Shown here: positions 16,581-26,011 of the stretch, one piece after another | Layout of the letters: every line of letters begins with the position of its first letter | Numbering within the stretch: position 1 is the stretch's first letter | DNA from: Candidatus Kapaibacterium sp. | GTDB taxonomy: Bacteria; Bacteroidota; Ignavibacteria; Kapaibacteriales; UBA4661 | Assembly (NCBI GenBank): GCA_025358765.1 | Contig: JANYIG010000165.1 | Location: forward strand, 6,024-70,023 | Length of the DNA stretch: 64,000 nt | Direction: 5' to 3' | Made by a program: the position numbers and the translations under genes | Notes under the pieces: generated by a model | The model's database searches: none | Seen by the model: the letters and a program-made list of their open reading frames with translations, nothing else | What the model was told of the DNA's origin: nothing

Positions 16581-18968
16581 ATGGCAAAACTTACGCTTAA
16601 CCGCGTCACTCCTAACGAACAGACTCCCCCATCATCAACCACAGGTGAGAATCTTCTGGCTCAACTGAACGATGTGCAGCGCGAGGCGGCAAGCGTGATT
16701 CAAGGACCACTCTTAATTTTGGCAGGTGCGGGAAGCGGCAAAACTCGTGTGCTGACGTTCCGTATTGCGTACATGATTGAACAGGGCATTGCCCCGTGGA
16801 ATATCCTCGCGCTGACGTTCACGAACAAGGCTGCAGGCGAGATGAAGGAGCGCATCGCGCATCTGGTGGGCGAAGACAAAGCACAGCGCATCTGGGCTGG
16901 TACGTTCCACTCGCTTTTTGCGCGAGTTTTAAGACGCGAAGCAGAGGTGTTGGGTTATACGTCGTCATTTTCCATCTACGATGGCGATGATTCGTTGTCG
17001 CTACTTCGAGCCACGATGAATACGCTCGGCATTTCGCAGCAAAATTTTTCGCCGCAAGCTGTTCGAGGTGCTGTTTCTGGAGCGAAAAATAAATTTATCG
17101 GTTGGCAAGAATACGCAAACACGGCGGGCAATGTGTTTGAGAAACAGGTCGGTTTGATTTACAAAGACTACGAAAAACGCCTGCGATTGAACAACGCTAT
17201 GGACTTCGACGACCTGTTGTTGAACATGATTCGTCTGTTGCAAAGCAGCCCGCAGATGTTAGAGAAATATCAACAGCAGTTCCGGTATATTTTGATAGAC
17301 GAATACCAAGATACGAACAAGGCGCAATATCTTGCTGTTAGCCTTCTTGCCCAGAAAGAGCGTAACATCTGCGTCGTGGGCGACGACGCGCAAAGCATCT
17401 ATCGGTGGCGCGGTGCTGATATCCGCAATATTCTTGATTTTGAGCGCGATTACCACGATACCAAAGTCGTGCGTCTCGAACAAAACTATCGTTCCACAAA
17501 AACCATCCTCGAAGCCGCGAATAATGTTATCAATAACAACCAAAACCAGCTTAAAAAGGCGCTTTGGACAGATAACGCTGACGGCGAAACAATTCAACTT
17601 TTGCGTTGCCGTGACGACCGCGAAGAGGCGGAACAAATAGTTCGCAATATCCAAACCGACCGCCGCACGAGCGCACGAGATTTACAAGATTTTGCCGTTC
17701 TGTATCGTACCAATGCTCAGTCGCAGGCGATTGAAGATGCGTTGCGCCGCGAGAATATTCCCTATTTGATTGTGGGTGGTGTGTCGTTTTACAAACGCAA
17801 GGAAGTCAAGGACACCCTTGCCTATTTACGTGTGGTAATGAATCCGAACGACGGCGAGAGTCTGCTTCGCATCATCAACGAGCCGTCGCGCGGCTTGGGC
17901 AAAACCTCACTCGACCATCTGATTCATTTTGCTGAAAGCCAGTCTGCTCCTCTTTTTCAAGCGTTTGCACAAGCAGAAGGCGTGATAGGCTTACAGCGAC
18001 GCGCCGTAACGTCGGCACTTGATTTTGTGGCGCTCATCACGCGATTTCGAGAACAGAAGGACGTTTTGCGACCCGACGAATTAGCAAAATCGCTCGTGGA
18101 TGCTTCGGGACTACTCCGCGCCTACGAGGAAGACGGTACGGACGAGTCGCTCGACCGTTGGAATAACATCCAGCGCGTGTTGTCGCATCTTGCCGAATAC
18201 TGCGAACGCAATCCTGAGGCGCTCTTGGAGCAATACCTACAAGAAATTTCGCTCTTGAGTGACGTAGATGAAGTGAAGGCGGGTGGAAAACACGTAACGC
18301 TTATGACGCTGCACTCCGCCAAGGGTTTGGAGTATCCGGTGGTGTTCATTGCAGGTTTGGAGCGGGGGTTGTTTCCTTTTGCAAAAGCGGAGCAGATGCA
18401 AGAGGAAATGGAGGAGGAACGGCGATTGTTCTACGTGGGCATCACCCGTGCACGGCAAAAACTCTACCTTTCCCACGCCGAAAAACGATACCGTTTTGGT
18501 GAACTTACGTACCCAATGCCGTCGCCATTTCTGCAAGAAATCAAACCGGAATTGATGAACAACCCTTCTAACACCACGCAAAATCGGCTTGGCAGCGCGG
18601 GTAGCCTTACCATGTCGTCAAAAAGTACACCCTCAACAACGGGCATAAATGTTATCCGTTCTATGGACGACCTAAAATCACGGGGATTTCAGCCACCCGC
18701 AGCAAAAAAAACGCCAGAACGTTCGCAAACACGAACGCCGTTTGACGACGCTCCCCGTGATGAATCATTCTCGCAAGTGCCGAGTAAATCTGCAAGTGAA
18801 TTGCCGCGATTGCGCGTGGGCATGCGGGTTAAACATGAGATGTTTGGCGTGGGGCAGATAGTAGGCACAAGCGGTACAGGCACAAGCGCTCAGGTGGAAG
18901 TGTCGTTCCCACAGGTCGGCAAGAAAAAACTCATGCTTAAATTTGCGAATCTGATGGTGATGGATTGA
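16581..18968 (+). CDS. pcrA: ATP-dependent DNA helicase PcrA/UvrD
   Basis: Walker A GAGSGKTRVLTFRIAYMI, then the UvrD motifs (ILALTFTNKAAGEM, DEYQDTN, VGDDAQSIYRWRGA, QNYRST, and so on). Confidence 0.9.
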   Translation: MAKLTLNRVTPNEQTPPSSTTGENLLAQLNDVQREAASVIQGPLLILAGAGSGKTRVLTFRIAYMIEQGIAPWNILALTFTNKAAGEMKERIAHLVGEDKAQRIWAGTFHSLFARVLRREAEVLGYTSSFSIYDGDDSLSLLRATMNTLGISQQNFSPQAVRGAVSGAKNKFIGWQEYANTAGNVFEKQVGLIYKDYEKRLRLNNAMDFDDLLLNMIRLLQSSPQMLEKYQQQFRYILIDEYQDTNKAQYLAVSLLAQKERNICVVGDDAQSIYRWRGADIRNILDFERDYHDTKVVRLEQNYRSTKTILEAANNVINNNQNQLKKALWTDNADGETIQLLRCRDDREEAEQIVRNIQTDRRTSARDLQDFAVLYRTNAQSQAIEDALRRENIPYLIVGGVSFYKRKEVKDTLAYLRVVMNPNDGESLLRIINEPSRGLGKTSLDHLIHFAESQSAPLFQAFAQAEGVIGLQRRAVTSALDFVALITRFREQKDVLRPDELAKSLVDASGLLRAYEEDGTDESLDRWNNIQRVLSHLAEYCERNPEALLEQYLQEISLLSDVDEVKAGGKHVTLMTLHSAKGLEYPVVFIAGLERGLFPFAKAEQMQEEMEEERRLFYVGITRARQKLYLSHAEKRYRFGELTYPMPSPFLQEIKPELMNNPSNTTQNRLGSAGSLTMSSKSTPSTTGINVIRSMDDLKSRGFQPPAAKKTPERSQTRTPFDDAPRDESFSQVPSKSASELPRLRVGMRVKHEMFGVGQIVGTSGTGTSAQVEVSFPQVGKKKLMLKFANLMVMD

Positions 18969-19118
18969 CAAAGGATTAGACAACGTTACGACTCTTTGCT
19001 GACTTATCCTCTCGACTTATCCTCTCTGCAATTCCTCCACATCTTACTTTGGCAATGGCGGTTGAGCTGAGATGTCGTATGCAAGGTTTCATGGAAATTC
19101 CAAAATTTTATCTCGCTC

Positions 19119-20819
19119 TCACTGTTTAATAAACTTTTGCATTGTGATGGCTTTTGTTTTTTTGTCCATGAGTCGCACGAAATAAACGCCGGAAGCAAAA
19201 TTGGCAACATCTATTCCATTCTCCAACTGCGGCTGCGGAAGCATAAGGATTGCACGTCCCAACGCATTTGTTACCGTTACATAGTAGGCTTCAGTGCTGG
19301 CATCGGCGAATTTGATCCATACCTTATCGTTTGCAGGATTAGGGTACAACGAAAATTTCAATGTGGGAGTATTATTGTCCAAAATTCCCGTCGTACTTGT
19401 CACCACAAACTGCCCCATCATACCTTGGTCTTCGTGAGTGGCAAAATGGCAGTGATACATAAACGGATGAATGGGATCAGAATAACTATTAAACTGCGTG
19501 ATAAACCGAATGGTTTCACCTGCTCTCACAAATACTTCGTCCTTCCACCCTTGCTCGGGTAATGGCGGAACAGAACCATTTCTACTGAGTATGTGAAATT
19601 GAACGTCATGGATATGAAACGGGTGCGCCAGAGTAGATGTGCTGCGTATTTCCCAAATCTCCGTACTGTTGAGCGGTATTTGATAGTCTATCCGTTTAAT
19701 ATCAAAAAATTGGTTATTGAGAATGGCTTTTAGCACACCACCACCAGCGTTAAAATCAGAAATTGAGAGGGTGCGCGTTATCGTTGCGTTGGCAGCATCA
19801 AAAAATTTATTGACGGTGAGTGCTGTAGGAATGGTCGTTACAGGCTTTGCCGTCGGGGATGTGATGTTCAAGCGAAGAATCTGAAAATCTTTCCCGGACA
19901 AGGCATCTTGAGTTACTTTAGAAGCAGTACCAGCTATATCACTCGCAAGCGTGGAGTTGTATGCCATCAGATTTACGACCTGTGATTGCTGGCTGGTACA
20001 ATTAACCAAGACCTCAATTCGTTCGCCCGAACATATCATATAACGGGTTATAGGAACTGGCGCGTCTAATAAACCACCATCCGAGGTAATAACATAAAAC
20101 GCTCGATTATCGCTAAAGCCAAGATTATAACACCGTTGAGTGGCAGAATTTAATATACGAAAACGTACTACTTGTGCGGGGATTGAGTATTGCGGGTTCA
20201 AAACACCATTGACCAACATAACATCAGGATGCGTTCCATCTAAGATAAATTGGTTGGTTGAGCTGAATCTACGGTCATTGATGACCAGTGGAATATCATC
20301 CACGCCATAGATGCGGGGTAGATTTAATGATGACTCAACAGAATCGCGGACAATAATGAATCCACCAACACCCGCTGTGGTTTGAGCTTCCGTTTTTTCA
20401 TGCAGATGCGGGTGATACCAATACGTTGCGGCATTATTCGTGACCTTCCAAAACGGTTGCCACGTCGTACCGGGCGGAATAACCTGATGCGGTCCGCCGT
20501 CCATCACCGCCGGAAGATGTATCCCGTGCCAATGCAGCGTAGTTGAATCGTTCAATGTATTTTTTACGTTCATACGAACAGTATCACCTTTGTTAAAAAA
20601 CAACGTCGGACCCCAAAAATTTGTATTGTTAATGCCGCCTGTAATAGTCTGGTTGCCTGTACGAAATTGTTTGAGGGTGTCCTTGATGGTGAGCGAAAAA
20701 TTTGTCCCTGAAAGTGTGTCGGGAATCCAGAGCGTGTTGTAGGTTTGACTTTGAGCGGATGAAATATGGCAAAGAAGTATGAGCGTAAGAAGCGAAAAAA
20801 ACAGAGAAGATGATTTCAT
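19119..20819 (-). CDS. Multicopper oxidase (laccase-like, three-domain) with a T9SS C-terminal sorting domain
   Basis: The copper ligand motifs HWHGIHL, HPHLHE, HPFHIHDVQFHIL and HCHFATHEDQGMMGQF are all present. It has an N-terminal signal peptide. The C-terminus carries a T9SS CTD (LYPNPANDKVWIKF...GVYFVRLMDKKTKAITMQKFIK). Confidence 0.8.
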   Translation of the reverse strand: MKSSSLFFSLLTLILLCHISSAQSQTYNTLWIPDTLSGTNFSLTIKDTLKQFRTGNQTITGGINNTNFWGPTLFFNKGDTVRMNVKNTLNDSTTLHWHGIHLPAVMDGGPHQVIPPGTTWQPFWKVTNNAATYWYHPHLHEKTEAQTTAGVGGFIIVRDSVESSLNLPRIYGVDDIPLVINDRRFSSTNQFILDGTHPDVMLVNGVLNPQYSIPAQVVRFRILNSATQRCYNLGFSDNRAFYVITSDGGLLDAPVPITRYMICSGERIEVLVNCTSQQSQVVNLMAYNSTLASDIAGTASKVTQDALSGKDFQILRLNITSPTAKPVTTIPTALTVNKFFDAANATITRTLSISDFNAGGGVLKAILNNQFFDIKRIDYQIPLNSTEIWEIRSTSTLAHPFHIHDVQFHILSRNGSVPPLPEQGWKDEVFVRAGETIRFITQFNSYSDPIHPFMYHCHFATHEDQGMMGQFVVTSTTGILDNNTPTLKFSLYPNPANDKVWIKFADASTEAYYVTVTNALGRAILMLPQPQLENGIDVANFASGVYFVRLMDKKTKAITMQKFIKQ

Positions 20820-21167
20820 AATGACAGGGAGAATGTTGTGAGAACATTAGTATGCCAAATGTAATGTAATTTTAAGTGAGTACGTCAGCAAATTTAGTTT
20901 ATGTTTGTCGTCGCTTTAAGTAATTGATCAATAGAAACAGGCTACCGAAGATAGCATCAAATATTTTTAGCGCACTACTTACTTCGATTCTTTTTTGTTA
21001 AAGCGGATAGGTTCGTGATGAAAAAAAACATAACCTTCGTTGGATTTTAAGTTAGAATAATCGGTTTTGTGGGAAAAATTGCGGATATTAGCTACGATTG
21101 TGTTTGTTTTACGAACGGGTGTTGGCACCCACAGAAGCTCCGCGAGCCAACAGATTACGGCATTCGC

Positions 21168-21183
21168 TGGCACATCCTTTGAC
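21168..21183 (+). promoter_or_regulatory. Possible sigma-54 (-24/-12) promoter TGGCACatcctTTGA
   Basis: The GG-N10-TTG spacing is correct but the -12 element is TTGA, not TTGC. It lies about 65 nt upstream of the ATG at 21249. A sigma-54-dependent activator is encoded at 56909..58291. Confidence 0.2.
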
Positions 21184-21248
21184 ATTATAATTTCAGATGA
21201 TCTTTATATCTTTAGCAATCATCCAAAACTTTATCCGAGGCATTTAGA

Positions 21249-21824
21249 ATGAGCAAAGGGCGATTGGAAGCATTTAGTGATGGCGTGATTGCCATTCTTA
21301 TTACCATCATGGTGTTGGAGATGAAAGTGCCACACCAAGCGGATATAGCCGCTTTGCGAACGTTGGCTCCTATTTTTCTGAGTTACGCGTTAAGTTTTGT
21401 TTTTCTTGGCATCTATTGGAACAATCACCATCATCTGCTCCAAGCTGTCAAACACGTAAACGGGCAGGTACTCTGGGCAAACATGCACCTGCTATTTTGG
21501 CTTTCACTCATTCCTTTTGCCACCGGCTGGATGGGTGAAAACTATTTTGCTCCGATGCCTGTTGCGCTTTATGGAGTGGTGTTGCTCTTTGCGGGCAGCG
21601 CGTACTACATTCTCGCCCAAATTCTTGCAGGGCTTCATGGCAAAGATTCCGCTTTGGCGAGGGCATTGGGTAGTGATTTTAAAGGGAAGGTTTCGGTGGT
21701 AATGTACTTGGCAGCAATTATTCTCACCTTTGTGAACTCATGGTTTTCTTGTGCCCTCTATGTGGCAGTTGCTATATTATGGCTTATACCTGACCGTCGT
21801 ATTGAGAATGTGCTGACGCAATAG
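21249..21824 (+). CDS. TMEM175/DUF1211-family membrane protein (putative K+ channel)
   Basis: N-terminal RLEAFSDGVIAILITIMVLE motif and six hydrophobic helices. Confidence 0.65.
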   Translation: MSKGRLEAFSDGVIAILITIMVLEMKVPHQADIAALRTLAPIFLSYALSFVFLGIYWNNHHHLLQAVKHVNGQVLWANMHLLFWLSLIPFATGWMGENYFAPMPVALYGVVLLFAGSAYYILAQILAGLHGKDSALARALGSDFKGKVSVVMYLAAIILTFVNSWFSCALYVAVAILWLIPDRRIENVLTQ

Positions 21825-21867
21825 CGCATAATATCCGACCAACGCTCTCTGTTATCCGCACCAACAA

Positions 21868-21910
21868 AAAGGCGGGAAGCCTCTTAATGCAAGCACTTCC
21901 CGCCTTTATC
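21868..21910. terminator. Bidirectional rho-independent terminator (aaaggcgggaag ... cttcccgccttt)
   Basis: A 12-bp stem flanked by an A-tract on one side and a T-tract on the other, between convergent genes. Confidence 0.5.
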
Positions 21911-21938
21911 ATTTGCTATTGCTCATTACCCATTCTTT

Positions 21939-23174
21939 TCATTCATACCTCAGCGCCTCAATCGGATCGAGGCTTGCGGCTTGCCATGCAGGGTAAGAAC
22001 CGAATACCACACCAAGCAGCGTACAAATTACCACACTGCCTACCACCCAATTCGTCGGCACAGACGCAGACAAACCCAACGCGCCACTGAGAGCCACACC
22101 ACCTAATAAGCCCAACAAAATCCCTACCGCCCCACCAAACTGACAAAGCGTGATTGCTTCAATCACAAATTGTGTCATGATATTGATTCGTGTTGCGCCA
22201 ATAGCTTTACGAATACCGATTTCGCGTGTGCGCTCTTTCACCGAAACGAGCATAATGTTCATAATCCCCACACCGGCTGCTATCAGGGCGATTGAGCCGG
22301 AGGCAAAACCAAAATAGGTTAGATAATCCGTAAACGACGCAAATGACGTTGCAAGCGATTCATTCGTCTCAATTTCAAAATTATTGTCGTCGCCCGGCTT
22401 CACATCTCGAAGCGTTCGCATGATGCCAATGGCTTCATCTATTGTTGCTGGTAGTTGAATTTTGTCGCCCGCTTTGACAAGGAGGTCAACATTGGGATTG
22501 AACTCGTCTTGATAAAACCGCAAATAAATGGAAATGGGGATTAAAACGAGGTTGTCAAGTTTCGCACCCAAAATTGATCCTCGTGCTTTCAGCAATCCTA
22601 TCACCGTATAATGGCGACCTTTGAGCGTCACATCTTGCCCAAGCGGTGAACCAAACGGGAAAATACGCGAAGAAACATCACGCCCAAGAATAATAACGGA
22701 GCGGTCTAAATTTACGTCTTCCTCCGTGATTTGCCGTCCTTCGTCCACTTCAAGGTTTGTACATTCAAAATACGGAGCGTCTATACCGTTCAGACTCACA
22801 TTTGGGTCGGTATTCAATCCATTTGCTTTGACGGTAAGGTTATTAGCATCGTTAGAAATACTGATTGACTCGGCACTTGTCATGCGGTCTCGGAAGGCTT
22901 GCGCTTGCGAATACGTAATGGGCTTGCGTTTTTGATATTTCATCCATTGTTTGTTGCCCATAATAATTCCCGGACGGCGGCGCACTTGGAACGTATTTTG
23001 CCCAAGCTCCGCAAGCTGCCCGTTGACGGTTTCGTTCAGCGACGTAACCGCCGTTCCCGCACCAATGATGGCAAAAATACCGATGGCAATGCTGAGAAGC
23101 GTTAGCCCCGAACGGAGTTTGTTCGAGCGCACAGCATCCATCGCCATAAAAATGCTTTCGAGGAAAGTTTTCAT
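21939..23174 (-). CDS. ABC transporter permease, MacB/FtsX family (permease 2)
   Basis: N-terminal TM (RSNKLRSGLTLLSIAIGIFAII), a large periplasmic domain, and a C-terminal FtsX 3-TM bundle ending ...LDPIEALRYE. Confidence 0.8.
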   Translation of the reverse strand: MKTFLESIFMAMDAVRSNKLRSGLTLLSIAIGIFAIIGAGTAVTSLNETVNGQLAELGQNTFQVRRRPGIIMGNKQWMKYQKRKPITYSQAQAFRDRMTSAESISISNDANNLTVKANGLNTDPNVSLNGIDAPYFECTNLEVDEGRQITEEDVNLDRSVIILGRDVSSRIFPFGSPLGQDVTLKGRHYTVIGLLKARGSILGAKLDNLVLIPISIYLRFYQDEFNPNVDLLVKAGDKIQLPATIDEAIGIMRTLRDVKPGDDNNFEIETNESLATSFASFTDYLTYFGFASGSIALIAAGVGIMNIMLVSVKERTREIGIRKAIGATRINIMTQFVIEAITLCQFGGAVGILLGLLGGVALSGALGLSASVPTNWVVGSVVICTLLGVVFGSYPAWQAASLDPIEALRYE

Positions 23175-23222
23175 AAAGAGAGAAAAAGAAGAAAAGGCGA
23201 CAATAAACAGATTCAGAAGCGC

Positions 23223-23591
23223 TTAAGAGCGATTCTGTCTGACCTTCCGAACAATCGTGACAAAAATTGCTGTGAGTTCTGTGTTTTCTTGTGTCAGAGG
23301 TTCTACGTGATGAAGTTCCGTTGCAATGCCAGATTCTACGAGAAGTTCAAGCCAATACGAGGTTTCATCTAATTCTTGAAGCGTGTCCTCAAGTTTCGTG
23401 ATAAACTCTGCATCCGATTTTGCTCGGCAAGCCTCGCGGTATTGCGCTCCGACGGATGTTCCCGATTGTACAATGCGCTCGCCAATAATTTGTGCTTCGG
23501 TCGTCTCGGGAAGCGCTTGAAGTAAGCGGATAACCCCAATGGCAAACTTTTTCGTGCGTTGTAGTAAATCCTCGCGTCCACGTTCCATCAT
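23223..23591 (-). CDS. Four-helix-bundle protein (23S rRNA intervening-sequence protein family, TIGR02436-like)
   Basis: 122 aa with the characteristic FAIGVIRLLQALPET...IGERIVQSGTSVGAQYREACRAKSDAEFITKLEDTLQELDETSYWLELL. It lies between two permease genes on the same strand. Confidence 0.7.
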   Translation of the reverse strand: MMERGREDLLQRTKKFAIGVIRLLQALPETTEAQIIGERIVQSGTSVGAQYREACRAKSDAEFITKLEDTLQELDETSYWLELLVESGIATELHHVEPLTQENTELTAIFVTIVRKVRQNRS

Positions 23592-23639
23592 AATTGACCT
23601 TTTGTACTATATTAAATTCATCTTTTCGTTGTATCTCAG

Positions 23640-24878
23640 TTACTCATACCGCAGCGCTTCCACAGGGTCGAGTTTTGAGGCACGCATTGCGGGAATCATG
23701 CCCGACAGCACACCAACGGCTATGGAAACGACCGTTGCAATCAGCAAAAGTTGCGGTGGGATGTATGGCGAAAGAAACGTTGCCCAATCCATGCGCGTTA
23801 CGCCAAACATAACCACCGAACAAAACACAAATGCGATCAATGCACCCAATAAGCACAGCGATGAAGCCTCTACAAGGAATTGGAACAAAATCGAGCTTCG
23901 CCGCGCACCCAGCGCTTTGCGAATGCCGATTTCTTTCGTGCGCTCCGTCACCGATACGAACATGATGTTCATAATCCCGATGATGCCCACAATAAACGAA
24001 AGCGTTGTCATGCCAATACCAATCGCCCACACAGAGAGTCGCAGCGTTTTTACGTTGTCGCGGAATGCCTCTGTTTCGTTGATGGCAAAATTTTCCTCTG
24101 CCTCGGGCGGAAGATTGCGGATTTGCCGCATAATACCAACTGTCTCCATCCGTGTGTTGTCAAGATTTGCCTCACCGCCAGCCTTCACAGCGATCGACAA
24201 GTTTTTTCCCGCGCCAAACAGCCCCAAAAATGATTTGAGAGGCATATAGATTTGATTGTCAATAAATGGCGGCGCAAACATAGAGGCTTGCTTTTCTACT
24301 TTGCCGATGATCGTAAACGTCGTACCCCTGATTTTAATAGTTTTCCCTAAACACGGCTCATCCTCGCCGAAGAAATTTTTTGCGACTTCGTAACCAATAA
24401 TAGCAACATTGGAGCTATACAAATCTTCTACCGGCGAGAAAAAACGCCCCTCTTTGATAACTCCAAGCGCAATACCGGAATAGACGCTATTGGTGCCGCA
24501 TACAGCAATGCCTTTATAACTTTGGTTGCCGGATTTCACAGTGGTTTGCCACTTGCGGGCAATGATAGACGTAACTTCGGCGCTTTTCAGGCGCTCCATC
24601 AATTCTTCACACTGTTTTAGCGTAATATCAGGACGGTTCATGGTTTCGCGCCATGATTTTTTGCCCGACCAATCAAATTTGTCAACATAAAGAACATCCG
24701 TGCCAAGCGAGGCAAACGCCATCTCCAGAGCGTCGTCTAAGCCTTGTAAAAACCAGCCCATCAGAATCACAAACGTGATGCCGATAACCACGCCAAGCGA
24801 GGTCAATCCCGAACGAAGTTTGTTCGAGCGCATAGCGCTAAGCGCGATTTTGATGCCTTCGAGGATTTGAGAAAACAT
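23640..24878 (-). CDS. ABC transporter permease, MacB/FtsX family (permease 1)
   Basis: A paralog of 21939..23174 with the same architecture, ending ...LDPVEALRYE. Confidence 0.8.
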   Translation of the reverse strand: MFSQILEGIKIALSAMRSNKLRSGLTSLGVVIGITFVILMGWFLQGLDDALEMAFASLGTDVLYVDKFDWSGKKSWRETMNRPDITLKQCEELMERLKSAEVTSIIARKWQTTVKSGNQSYKGIAVCGTNSVYSGIALGVIKEGRFFSPVEDLYSSNVAIIGYEVAKNFFGEDEPCLGKTIKIRGTTFTIIGKVEKQASMFAPPFIDNQIYMPLKSFLGLFGAGKNLSIAVKAGGEANLDNTRMETVGIMRQIRNLPPEAEENFAINETEAFRDNVKTLRLSVWAIGIGMTTLSFIVGIIGIMNIMFVSVTERTKEIGIRKALGARRSSILFQFLVEASSLCLLGALIAFVFCSVVMFGVTRMDWATFLSPYIPPQLLLIATVVSIAVGVLSGMIPAMRASKLDPVEALRYE

Positions 24879-24903
24879 ACGTGCTTGTCAGTAGGTAATA
24901 AAT

Positions 24904-25179
24904 TCAGCGATTAAGGAGTTTTTCTTGTACGGATTGGTTTTCTAACAAACTAATTTCAAGCTCAAGTTTTCGAGTTTCTAATTCTGTTTCTTTTTCCTGT
25001 AAAATCAGTTTACGTTCAGCTATTTCCAACTCACGATTGCCACGCTCCATGCTCTTTTCCATTATCTTCAAATACTTGACACCGAGTACGATTCCACCAA
25101 TAATTGTTGGTAAACCGATAAATGCTATCGACATTTCGAGAAGGCTTTTGATGGCGTAATCCATAAAACAAGGCTTCAA
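24904..25179 (-). CDS. Small membrane-anchored coiled-coil protein
   Basis: One TM helix (SIAFIGLPTIIGGIVLGV) followed by heptad-rich ELEIAERKLILQEKETELETRKLELEISLLE. It sits between the ATPase and permease genes. Confidence 0.35.
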   Translation of the reverse strand: MKPCFMDYAIKSLLEMSIAFIGLPTIIGGIVLGVKYLKIMEKSMERGNRELEIAERKLILQEKETELETRKLELEISLLENQSVQEKLLNR

Positions 25180-25231
25180 AATCTGACTAAATACGGAAAA
25201 AATATATCAAATCTGCTCCTTAAATACTTGC

Positions 25232-25978
25232 TCAGAGTGCTGGTTCTGCTTCAACTGCTTCCTCGTGCTTTTTGGGTATAGAAACACGATGTTCATTAAT
25301 CGTATCCGATTCAATCAAACCGTCACGGACGCGCAAGACGCGATGTGCATGAGCAGCGATGTCGGGTTCGTGGGTAACAACGATAATCGTATTGCCTTTT
25401 TCCCAGAGTTCCTCGAACATCCGCATCACGTCGTCGCCGGTTTTCGTATCCAAATTTCCTGTTGGCTCATCTGCAAGCAAGATAGAAGGGTCGTTCACGA
25501 GTGCACGAGCAATTGCCACACGCTGGCGCTGCCCGCCGGAGAGTTCATTCGGCTTATGTCCCATCCGATCGCCCAAACCAACGTTGCGAAGCGCTTTTTC
25601 GGCTTTTTCGCGGCGTGCGGCGTTGGAAATACCGGCATAAACAAGCGGTAATTCCACATTTTTCAGCGTGGAATAGCGTGGCAGCAGGTTGAACGTCTGA
25701 AAGATAAACCCGATTTCTTTGTTGCGGATTTCAGCAAGTTCATCGTCCACCATATCGCTGACGAGCGTTCCGTTCAACGTGTACGTGCCGCTTGTAGGCG
25801 TATCCAAACATCCAAGGATGTTCATCAACGTAGATTTGCCGGATCCAGACGGTCCCATAATAGCAACGTATTCGTTGCGATGAATCTGAACCGAAATATC
25901 CTTGACGGCATGAACTTTCTCTTCGCCCATCGTGTAAATCTTCGAGATACTCTGGATATCAATAATTGGAGCTTCCAT
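25232..25978 (-). CDS. ABC transporter ATP-binding protein (MacB/LolD-type)
   Basis: Walker [11 protein letters not shown]-loop, signature [15 protein letters not shown], Walker [13 protein letters not shown]. Confidence 0.9.
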   Translation of the reverse strand: MEAPIIDIQSISKIYTMGEEKVHAVKDISVQIHRNEYVAIMGPSGSGKSTLMNILGCLDTPTSGTYTLNGTLVSDMVDDELAEIRNKEIGFIFQTFNLLPRYSTLKNVELPLVYAGISNAARREKAEKALRNVGLGDRMGHKPNELSGGQRQRVAIARALVNDPSILLADEPTGNLDTKTGDDVMRMFEELWEKGNTIIVVTHEPDIAAHAHRVLRVRDGLIESDTINEHRVSIPKKHEEAVEAEPAL

Positions 25979-26011
25979 TATGAGTTTTGAATTTTGAGGT
26001 AAATGTTGTGG

